This document shows positions 21,276 to 32,300 of a stretch of DNA of 64,000 nt, piece after piece (within the stretch, counting starts at the first letter, position 1; the number at the start of each line of letters is the position of its first letter). The stretch is from Rhizaria sp. SCN 62-66. Lineage: Eukaryota. Where the stretch lies: the NCBI GenBank assembly GCA_001724265.1, contig MEDY01000027.1, forward strand, positions 1-64,000, in the 5' to 3' direction. The position numbers were made by a program, and so were the translations under genes. The notes under the pieces were generated by a model. That model worked only from the letters and a program-made list of their open reading frames with translations, was not told the origin of the DNA and made no database searches.

Positions 21276-21614
21276 TTCTAATAAAAGTCAAACTCTGACT
21301 CACTTAGCATCTCTCAAATCCTCACTACCCCCCACATCAAACACCGTAGCCCGCACAGCGAGCCGAGCCGAGATCTCGGACCGAAAAAAACATATGGTGA
21401 TAATCCCGCCCTCCTTACCATCCACACTTCAAGGTTCTATGCATTTAAGCGAACACATAAAAAGGTGTTCTTTCGTGTGTCTTTTTTCTGCTTCCTTCTC
21501 TGTATTTTTTTCAATTTAAACTCACTTTTGACGATCATACTGCTGCACAGCAGACCTCTTTCTTTTACACCAGAGCATCTTGAGGTTGAGCCTCGAGAAC
21601 AATCCATTTCCACC

Positions 21615-24486
21615 ATGTCCAAGGACGCCATCGCAATTGTGATCGATGTCGGCTCCGCCATGAGTGAGTATAGTAAGTACGTTTTTTATCCATGCCGTCA
21701 TATCTTGTCAGCCCTGTACAAGCCCGCTCTGTTCCTGTGCGAAAACGTGCCTCCGAAACTCGCACCCCACATGAGCCACAACAACTCATATCTTCTCTGT
21801 TATCTTCCATTTCAACGCACCTTTGCGTTTCTGTTGCATCCTTTAACACAACAGCGAGACGACGACGCTTGAAAAGGCAGTCCGTTGGGTAACAACGTTT
21901 CTGCAGCAGAAATTCTTGTTCCTGAAGAAGGACGACTTGGTGAGCGTCATCCTCGTCGGCTCCGACAAGACGAAGTCGCAGCTCAATGACATCGACGAGA
22001 CACAGTACCTCCACATCGAGTCCTTCCGCCCGCTCGCGCTGCCGGAGCCTGCACTGATGACGGACCTGAGCATGCTGACCACGACGGACTTCGAGGGCGA
22101 CTTGTTCGATGGCATCGGCGTCGCCGTGCACGATATCGACGAGCGCTGCAAGAAGCTCAAGTTCGCGCGCCGCCTCTTCGTGCTCACCAACGCCGCTTCG
22201 CAGTACAACACGGACCGCATGGAAGGGCTTGTCACTCGCCTTACCGCCAACGACTATGCCGTTAACATCATCGGCTACGGCTTCTCCTCGGTGGACTCGG
22301 CCACGCCAGTCGCTGCTGACGCCGACAGCGCCGATGCCGCCGCCGCGGCCGCCGCTGCGGAGCAGCAGTGGGTCGACGACGTAATCTCTGGCGCGGCCGA
22401 GACGACCGCGCCGGGTGACGAGCCGCGCGGCGCGCTGCGTCGCGAAAATGAGGTGCTGCTGCGCCGCTTCAGCAATCGCGTGCACGGACAGGTGCTCGAG
22501 GGCAGCGTGGCCCAGGTCGCGCTGCAGTCGATGCTGCGCAAGGCCGTCAAGCAGGTCTCCAAGATGCGCGGCCACCTCAACTTCGGCACCGCGCTGACGG
22601 GCCGCATCGCCGTGCATGCCTTCTCGCAGACGGCCGTCGCCAAGGAGATGACACGCAAGAAGCTCTCCACGCTCGCCGCGCTCGACTCCAACAGCAACGC
22701 CGACACCGACGGCGACGGAAACGGCAGCATCGCGGCGGCGCTCGCGGCGGCCGCAGCGGCTGAGGACGGCGAGGAACCCGACGTGCAGCTGCGCGCACCC
22801 GCCGGGGCTGAGGGCGAGGTTGCGCTCGTGCGCAAGTACTACAAGTCCGCCGCTTCGCTCGCCGACGGCACCGCGGCCGACGCCACCGCTGCGGCTGGCG
22901 CCGCCGGTGCCGGTGCGGGGCCCCGCGTGAAGCCCGAGCCCGGGCAGCGGCGCATGGCCGACGAGGAAGAGGAGGAAGAGGAGGCCAAGGAGCAGGCGGG
23001 TGCGCAGGTCGGTCGGCAGGAGGGCGAAGTGAACGCGTACGGCGAGGTTGAGGTGCCGCTGACGAGCCTGGTCGAGGGCTACCGCTACGGCACGGACATC
23101 GTGTCGCTGGAGCCAGACTTGGTGGCGGCTCTGAAGCCTGCGACGACGCGCGAGCTGACGGTGCTGCACTCGGTCAAGCGGTACAACGTGCCGCCGTCGC
23201 TCTTCCTGTCGGGCGTGGACTTCGTCGTCGCCGAGCCCAGCAACACGGGCGCGCTGCTCGCCATCAACGCGCTTGTGCGCGCACTCGAGGCGACCGACTC
23301 GGTGCTGCTGTGCCGCTACGTCAAGCGCGACCGCGGCTCGCTCGAGTACGGCGCGCTCTTCCCCCACCTGGGCGTCGACGACACGTGCGGCTTCTACTAC
23401 GTGCGTCTGCCGTTCGACGAGGACACGCGGCCGTACCGCTTCGCGGCCTTTTCGTCGACGCCCGCGCTGGTGCCAGACCAGAACGAGCTGGACGCGGCCG
23501 AGCGCCTGATCGACGCCATGTCGCTCGTGGAGCTGGACGAGGCCGGCGCGGTCGCGGCCGAGCGCTTCGATCCCATCGCGACGCCCAACCCCAGCATCGC
23601 GCGCCTCTACGCCGCCATCGCGGCCCGCGCGCTGGACGAGCACGCGCCGATTGAGCCCTGCGCGGCCGATGACCCCGTGGCGGCGGCGCTGGCGCCGGAC
23701 CCGGAGATTGAGCAGCGCGCCGCGGCGGCGCAAGCGGCGTTCCTGCGCACCTTCGCGGTGCGGCGCGAAGCCGCCGTGGACGCCAAGGGCCGCTACCGCA
23801 AGGGCGCGGTGGCCTGGAGCGACGTGCAGGCGTCGGCGATGGAGCAGGCCGCGGCGGCCGAGGCGGGCGTTAAGGCCGAGTTCGCGCTTAAGGGCGGGCT
23901 GCCCGGCGCCGACGGGCTGGGGCTCGGCAAGGACCTCAGTCTCGGCGGACTGGGTGGGCTCGCGGCGGGTAACGTCACGCGCGTCGGCACCGGCGACCCC
24001 GCGGGCGACCTGGCCGCGCTGCTGCACCGCGCCAAGCTTGTGCACGCGGGCGACGCGGCGATGCGGGACGCGGCCGTCGACGCCGCGCTGGCCGAGGCCG
24101 CGGGCGTCGTCGCCGCCCTCGCTGAGCAGTCGGTCGGCGACGCGCTCTTCCCCAAGGCCGTCGACACGTGCGCCGCGCTGCGCGCCGCCGCGCTGGAGCA
24201 GGGCCGCGGCGCGGGCGTGTACAACGAGCTTGCTACGCGCGTGTTCCGCCTCGCCGCACGCGACCAGACGCGGTTCGGCGCGCTGTGGGAGATGTTCCGC
24301 CACCGCGGCCGCGCCGTGATGCCCATCTCCACGACCGAGTCTGCCGCCAGCACGCTCTCGCCTGAGGCCGCTGAGGAGTTCATGGCCGACGGCGCGCGCG
24401 CGGTCGTCGAGCAGCAGCCCGTAGCGCAGGAGGAGCCTGCGCCCGCGCCCGCGCCGCAGGACGACGAGTTCGACGACCTCGTTTAA
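21615..24486 (+). CDS. XRCC5: Ku80, NHEJ DNA end-binding protein (897 aa; exons 21615-21676, 21855-24486)
   Basis: vWA start AIAIVIDVGSAM, DLVSVILVGSDKT, EGYRYGTDIV, LCRYV, YYVRLPFDEDTRPYRF, AERLIDAMSL, PNPSIARLY, C-terminal helical region and DDEFDDLV end. Only the phase-2 donors fit acceptor AACAG(21854); GTACGT(21677) matches the local consensus. Stop TAA. Confidence 0.93.
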
Positions 24487-24627
24487 GTCGAGCTGTTTTA
24501 GATGTTTCAGGATATTGATATGAGGTGATATTATCGTGATGAGATACATTAGTTTCGTTGTTTTGCTCTTTTTTTATTCCACAACTTGGATTGCTTACTT
24601 TTTAGTATGATCATGATGTTGTGTTAT

Positions 24628-25149
24628 TTAGACGATGATGTTATTCGCCTTGCAAAACGCCTCGAGCTCAGCGTTGACTGCCTCGATGCGCTCGCGGGAA
24701 GTCTGGGGTGCGCAGCCCTCGGGGCCACTCTCAGCGTTAAGAGCCTCGACAGAAAGCGTCTCGGGAGTGTCATGTGTGAGGCAGATGTCGGTGTCGAGCA
24801 CGGCGAGCTTGAAGCCCCAGTCGACGAGGAGCGAGGCCCAGAACTCGGACTGGTCGCTCAGTGCGCTGATGCGGTGCTCCATGTCCACGAGAGCCTTCTT
24901 CGACGCGTGCTCGAGACTTTCCATGCGCTTCAAAAGCGCTCGGCCGTGCTCAATCTGTCCACTCATGGCCTGTGTGAAGGGAGAAAGTAAAATGAAATAA
25001 GGATTGGAGGGTCGGTGAGGAGAAGGTACTGGACGGCTGACTTGAAGAGAGATGGAATATGAGTGATTACGTACCTCGAGAGAAGTCTGGGAAATTACAT
25101 GGTGCTCATGCGCTTCCGTTACAATCTGGGTAGAAGAGTAGCTGTTCAT
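24628..25149 (-). CDS. Small hypothetical protein, partly coiled-coil (138 aa; exons 25149-25075, 24969-24628)
   Basis: ATG 25149, donor GTACGT(25074), pyrimidine-rich acceptor CACACAG(24970), GC-richer second exon (ALLKRMESLEHASKKALVDMEHRISALSDQSEFW...). Stop TAA. No family recognised. Confidence 0.65.
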   Translation of the reverse strand: MNSYSSTQIVTEAHEHHVISQTSLEVRNHSYSISLQVSRPVPSPHRPSNPYFILLSPFTQAMSGQIEHGRALLKRMESLEHASKKALVDMEHRISALSDQSEFWASLLVDWGFKLAVLDTDICLTHDTPETLSVEALNAESGPEGCAPQTSRERIEAVNAELEAFCKANNIIV

Positions 25150-26323
25150 TATGCGGTCTTTCACGGTGTAAAATGTGTTCAGACATCAACTGGTCCATTC
25201 TCGTCAACTCGAAAAACAATTCGTTGGCAGCCTGCCAGCCAGTCCTCAGTCATCACCGTCTCTCGCGGCTCGATCAGTCGCAACATTATTTTCAAAACGC
25301 GAGATGTATCCCATTCATGATCGGAGGGTTATTTGCAATTTCTACGCTTCTCCTAGTCGGGTTACTCCCGTAAATTCTGTTTTAAGGAGTTTGGTTGCAA
25401 TCTGCTTAAGTGCAAAATCAAAAGCTGCTGTCCGAAGTAAGTGACTGCAAATTGAGCTTCGTTGAGTAGTTAAGCGCACATATGCATGCCGGAACTAATT
25501 TGCGCACTGATAATGTTGCTTGTTAAAGGCCCCCTTGAGTCCTACTGCTTGGCGACTTGAAGATAAACCTGTGTCTTCTCGCGCACTTTCGTGCTAGCAT
25601 GTCTTCGACTTGAGTTTTAAGATGCGAAAGACAGCTCAATGAAAAATCTAGGTGAATCTGAGATATGACACAGTCAATCCGCTATAACATGTTAATAATT
25701 GACATATTGACGCTTGACAAACCAGAATGTCATCGGTAGATGCGAAATGATGACGTAATTTTTGTCTTGCTGTGTTTCGAATCAAAACAATAGATCGTGA
25801 TTTACAAGTCGGTTCAAAATACATTCGAGTTGCTCATTGCATATCTGCAGTTTCCCTACAACATATCGCATTCACATTTGGAATTGCATTTATTTAGCCT
25901 GGCTTTATCATCAAAGTATGTTAAAACGATGTTAAAAGCTGTGTTGTGGTCGCGAGGCTCGTCCACGCCTCGCGACCATGTGGTCTAAGCCCCTTTGCAA
26001 AAAGCCAATTTACTCGACCAGCACGGACAATATAAGCAGATTGGCTCTAAATAATAATTATCCGATACTTGATGTATTGTTAGTGCGTTTTGTTGCATCG
26101 TATGACTTGTCTTGAGCCTGGGGGATACTCGCGAAGTGGGTCGTATAAACAGTCCCAAAACTTCTCTTCAGAGGCCGTTCTGGTGGCAAATTTATCGAGC
26201 ATATCAGCACACTTTGTTGATTCGCCGATAATCCAGCTCACAAAATTCATCTTATTTCTTTCTTGCGTTTTTAGTCCAACTAGGGACCTCAAAAAAGCTC
26301 TTGATACGCCATCTGTTCTCAGC

Positions 26324-29300
26324 ATGGACCAGTCATACCACTCTCCTCGTAAGAGTGGTGGGCACCATGGTGGCAACAAGAAGGACGGTAGCAAGGGGGA
26401 CTTGCATGCGGACACTAACCAAGCTGCGCCGCGGGCTCCATCACCGCAGCCCAACAGCCAGTCCCCGTCGCCCCGTCTGTCTGCAGCGACGCTGACGCCT
26501 CCGCTGCTGCCACTGCCGTCGCCGCTGCCCGCGCCTACCGTGGCCGACAGTTCGCTGCTCACATACGCGCAGGCCGCGGGACTCATGCGCCGCGGCATGC
26601 CGGCCGCGCCGCTGCCGCGCCCGCTTGCGCGCCCCGACGACGCCTCGCTCTACGGCCCGCCGCTGCCGCCGGGTTCGTCGCCATCAAAGTCCCCCTCCGC
26701 CTCGGCCGCGTCGGCCGCGGCGGCCGTGGCGGCCGCCTCGCGCTCGTCGTCGCCGCGCGTGGTTCCCGCGCACCCACTCAAGGGCGGCGGCGCCTCCCCG
26801 ACCCGCTCGCCTGCGCACTCGCCCGCGCCCTCACCCCGGTCCGGCAACTCGTCGAACTCCAACAGCGCAGCTGCCAAGGATGCTGCCTCCAACTCGAACG
26901 CAAGCAGTGGCGCTGGCTCTAACTCGAACACAGCCGCAGCCGTTGTCGCTGTCGCTAATGGTATCCCGGCTGCCGCTGCTGCCCCTGCTGCTGCCGCTGC
27001 TGCTGCTGTTGCAACACCAGTTGCGCACGCGCCTGCGACTGCGCCTGTGACCCCCGAGCCTGCGGCTGCCGCTTCCTCGTCTGCGCCGGCGTCTTCCGCC
27101 TTTGCCGCCACCAACGCTCCTGCGGCGACCGCGGCCACGTCCGCGTCCGCATCCGCGTCCACCTCCAGTGAGACTGCGGCGTCGACGTGCGCCCCGTGCG
27201 CGCCATGCTCGCAGCAGTCGCTGCAGGACCCCGCGGTGATGGCGGCTGCGGTCGCACAGGTTATCGCCGCCGCGGCCACGGTGCTGCCTTCGCCCGTGCA
27301 AACGGAGCTCCAAGCCCACATCCACAAGCTCCGCGCATACGTCGCAGACGCCGCCGCGGTGGCAGACGCCGCGGTTGCCGACCCGAGCAACAGCACGGAC
27401 TCGATCGCCACGGCCGCGGGCGACTCCGGGGCGAACGCAGCCTCCGCAAACATGGAGGCTGGCCTGAAGTCAGAAGCCGGCGCTGCCGTGGTGCTCGATA
27501 CCACTGCTGCCGACGGCGACAACGACGACGACGCCGCGGGCGCAGGCGCGGGCGAGCTCAACACCAGCGCAACAACTGGCGACGGCGCTGCCGCCGGTTT
27601 GGCAGCAGGCGCCGGCGCCGGCAGTGACGGCAAGCCGATGTCCTGGCTGAAGCGGCACAACATCAAGAAGCTCTCGGGCCCCAAGGTGCGCGTGGCAACG
27701 TTCAACGTCGAGAATCTGGTACTACGTTACAAATTCCGCTCCGGTCTGGCGTCGTGCTCTGCGACGTTCACGCGCAACGACACTGCGTACTCGGTGCACG
27801 ACCTGGACCAGAAGAAGCTCACGGCGGCAGTGATCCACGACTGCAACGCCGACGTACTCGCGCTCATGGAAGTCGAGAACCTCACCACGATCGACTACTT
27901 CAACAAGGCCTTCCTGCAGCCGCTGGGCTACCGCTACTCGGCGCTCATCGAGGCCCACGACCCGCGCTTCATCAACGTCGCTGTGCTCTCGCGCTTTCCC
28001 ATCCTGGCCGTGCGCTCGCACAAGGACGACCTGGACGCGCTGGGCAACTATCTGTTGACGCGTTCCTGTCTCGAGGTCGACATCGACATCCACGGCACGC
28101 CGTTTGTGCTGTACGCGAACCACTTCCGCTCGATGCGCGGTTCTGACGACGGGCGCAAGGAGAGCGCGCGGCGGCGCGAGGAGCAGGCCGCCAAGGTGCG
28201 CGAGATTGTCGCCGCACGCTGGGAGTGCGTCGGCTTCAACGGCAACTTCATCGTGTGTGGCGACCTCAACGACAAGAACGACTCGTCGTCGTCCATTACT
28301 GCACTGACGCGACACCCCAGTCTGGAGAACATCGTCGAGCGGCTGCCGAAGCATTTGCAGTGGACGCACCATTTCAACGGCGACGACACGTACTCGCAGC
28401 TGGATTACATGCTTGTCGCACGCACTCTTGCGCAGCTACCCACCAACATCGCCGCCAAGCCCGTCATTGTGCGCGCCGGCCTGCCCTACCGCGCGTCGAA
28501 GTACCGCGGGCCCAGGCACAAGGTACGCTAACTGCACATCGAAATGCTTGCTTTATTTTGTTCTTGCTACTTTAGTAATGAATTGTGTTGCTCACTACTA
28601 GTATTTTTTCAATATTTCATGTATTTCCTTTGTCCTCTGACAGACTGTCGGCATGGACCGCCCCAAGGCGTCCGATCACTGTCCGATCTACTTCGACCTG
28701 CAGCTCTTCGTGCCGCTGACGCACCCGTTCAGCTACCCGTTCCCGCGGCCCATGGCGCGTCCCTACGTCGACTACCGGCCCTGGAACGTCGCCGTGCCCG
28801 CGCCGCCCGTGTGGCACTCGGCGGCCAGCTCGCCCGCGCTCGTCCCTCTCAACGGGCCGCCCGCGCACAGCGAGACTGGCACCGGCGGCGGCAAAGCCGG
28901 CTCGCGCACCCCCAGCGGCTCGCCCTACATGACCGGCGCACAGAGCGGGGTCAACGTTGGCGCGCTCAAATTCGACCTTAACCCCAGCCACCCGGGCTAC
29001 GCCAGCACCGCGGCCAACGGCAACGGCGGCGGCTCCGACGCCGGCTCCAACGCGGGCTCTCAGCCCGGGTCGGCGACCTTCCGCGCCGCTACGTGGGCCG
29101 ACCTCAACCGCTTTGCCGCCGCCGAGGACCGCGCCTCGAATGACGGACTCGGGTACGTTACTCTCTAACACTTTTCAATCAACAATTTCTCGAGACGGTC
29201 GATTTTATTTCGTCATTTTGCACATCTTGCAAGTTCTATCTTACAACCTCTTCTTTGCTTCGCGCTTTTTTTTTTTACTGCAGTATCGTGGGCCGCATCA

Positions 29301-32300
29301 TCAACGAGCTCAACGTGTCGCCGCCGCTGCGCGCGGACGGGACGCTGCCGCCGCGGCCCGACGGCACGCCGCAGGTCGACTCAGTCTGCTCGAGCGGGCC
29401 CGCACGCTTCACCGGCACGCCGCCCGACTCGCCGCAGCTACCGCCGGAGGCCTTGACCAGCAACAGTAACGCCAACTACGGCCCCGGCACCGGCAGCGGC
29501 TCAAGCGGCAGCGCGCACACGCTCAACGTGCCGCAGCCGCTGACGCTGCCCGCGGGTCGCAGTTTGCTGCGCGACCAGCCGCTGCAGTCGCCGTCGGCGC
29601 TGCTCTCGCCGGTCTCCGAGTACCCGTCCTCGTCCGCGCAGACGTCCACGGCCGACGCCGACGCCGACGCCGTGGCTTTCGTCGCGCTCGACAACGCCCA
29701 CGCGCTTTCGCAGGCCCAGGCGCAGGCCTCGGCGTCGGCGGCGCAGCAGAGACTGTCAGTGCTAGACATCTTGGCCTCGAACTCGAGCTCCGCCGCGGGC
29801 TCGCGCGCGCCCACCCCCTACCTCACGCCGAACCTCTCGCCGCATATTATCCCGCGCGCGCTGCCTGCCGCCGCCAGCAGCAACGGCAATGGCGGCGGCA
29901 GCGTATCGTCGTGGTCCAAGATGTCCGCCTCCGCGGCGCCGTTCCAGTCGCGGATGTCCCCGCGCCAGGACGCGCGCTCGCTCACCGGCACGCCCCCGCT
30001 GCCGCTGCTCGACGCCGATTCCGCCACCCCGGCCGTGGCCTCTGCTGCGGCCGCCGCGCCCGCGCGGACGTCGACGCTCAGCAGCGTGGTCGGCTCGGCC
30101 AACGTGCCTTGGGGGCTCTCGCTGCCCGCTGCAGACGCCACCGCGCGCTCCGTCGCCGCGGCCGCCGCGGCCGCGGTCGGCACCGCGCGCGCCAGCGCCC
30201 GCGCCGCCTCGACCTCCGGCGCCAACGGCAATGGCAGTGGCAGTGGCAGTGTGAATGGAGCGGCGAGCGCGGGCGCGAGCGCGAACGGCGATAGCGCGCT
30301 GGGTCGCATGCTGCCCGTGGCCGCGGCGGCGGCGGTGCAGGCCGCGCTATCGGCCGTCCATACGGCCGAGCGCGCAGTGCAGCGCCTGCCGCGCACCGCC
30401 GCCGCCGTCGCCGCCACTGTGCAGGCCGCCAAGGCCGCCCGCGCCGCTGCAGCCGCCACCGGCGACGTGACGCCGCTGGGCAGTCCGGCCGACGGCGCCA
30501 ACGCGCCGGGCGCGTCGCCGTCGGCGGCCGCGGCGTCGCCGTCGCCGTCGCTGGCGCCCGCCCCCGTCACCACGCCGATCTCCGCGAGCGACGCTGTCGT
30601 CCCCGTCGAGGGCGGCGACACCCCCGCCGCTGCCGCTGCCGCTGCCGCCGCGACTGCGACTGCTGCTGCTGCCCCGGTTGCGACGACTGTCAGCGGGAAC
30701 CTGCGCGAGCTGGACTCGGCGGTGCACGCGCTGCAGCACGCGCTCTACGTGCTTTTCTGCCTGCGCGAGGGCGTCGACCCGGGCCATGAGGCCACCAACG
30801 CCGCAGCCGCTGTCGCCGCCGTCGCCGCGGCCGGGAGCCGCGCCGCCGCGCCGTCAAGCGCGACGCTGCACGCGCCCACGGGCTCGTCCTCCTCCGCGGG
30901 CTTATCCGGCCTGCGGTCGGTGACGCCGCTGCGCGTGCCCGTGGCGATGACAGGCCCGCTGCTGCGACAGCCGTCGCCGTCGATGTTTCCCTTGGTCGCC
31001 GCAATGGACCTGTCGGATCTGCCCCCGCTCGTCGCGCCCTCGCCCAGCGACGCGGGGCTCACCGTCCCCTCGGGCGCCGGCACTGCGGGCTCGCGAGCGG
31101 CGTCCTTCGCCGCCGCCGCCGCCATGGGATGGTCAGGCTCGACCGGCACCTTCGACTCGGGCGCCGTGTCGCTGCCCGGCACGCCCTATGGCGCCACCGC
31201 CGGACCCTCCTCCAACAACAACTTTGTCAACCTGAGCAGTAGCATCAACTACCATAGCATCAGCAACAGCAGCAGCAACAACAACAACGACAACCGCGCC
31301 AGCAGCAGCGGCCACAGACGCACGAGGTTTGCGTCGCGCGCAGGCGCCGAGGGCAGCGACGCCGCGAGGCTGGCCTCGCTGACGGCGCCCGTGCCCGGCG
31401 CCGATGCCGCCGCCGTGGTGGCCGCCGCGTCGGCCGCGGCCGCAGCCTCGCTGCCCGTGTTCCTCACCGCGGGCAGCCAGGACGTCGCGCGCTACGGCAG
31501 CTCGCTCACACTTTCCCCTGCCGGCTCCATGACGCGCCGCCTCACGCCGCACGGCCGGCCGTCCAACTCGAACGCCAACCCGCACGCGCTGCCGCTGCTC
31601 CAGTCCAACGCCTTCGCGCCCCACAGCGGCAGCGCGCGGCCCGCCGTTCCGGGCGGGCTCGCCGCACCGGACGCCGTGGCGCGGCTCGTGCGCGACGGGG
31701 CCGGCGCCGCGGGCGACGACGTCGACGACAGCGACGACAACGGCGTCAGCGCCGACGGCGACGACGACGACGACGAGTCGGGCTCCCTCGCGGCCTCGCG
31801 CTGGTCAGGCTCCTCAGGCGCCTCCTCGGGCGGCGGTGGCTCTGCGCCCGGCGAGACCAGTGACTCGGTCCTCACCGAAGTCCGCGCTACCACCAGTGCC
31901 AGTCCTAACGTCGACGCCAGTGCTGGTGCCGGTGCGAGTACCAGTGCGAGCGCGACTATCAGTGCCGACAACAAGGATAGCAAGGACGTGCGTGCGCAGG
32001 CGCGCTCCAAGGAAACGGCCGCGATTCCCGAGCCTGGCAGCGTGACGACGACGCCGGTGCGCGCGCGCGGGCACTCGCCGGCAGCCAGTCCGCCGCGCGG
32101 CCCGCAGAGCTCGGACACGCTCGCGGCGCCCGCGGCGGCGGACTTCGCGGCCGCGCAGGCGGGTTTCGGCGCCACCCTGTCGCAGATGCAGGCGTTGGAG
32201 CGGCGCCGCACGCCCGCAGGCAGCCCCGTGCTGTCACCGCGGCGCCCCACGCTATCGCTCACCACCGCGCCCAACCTCGTCTCCGCGGCCGCTGCGGGTT

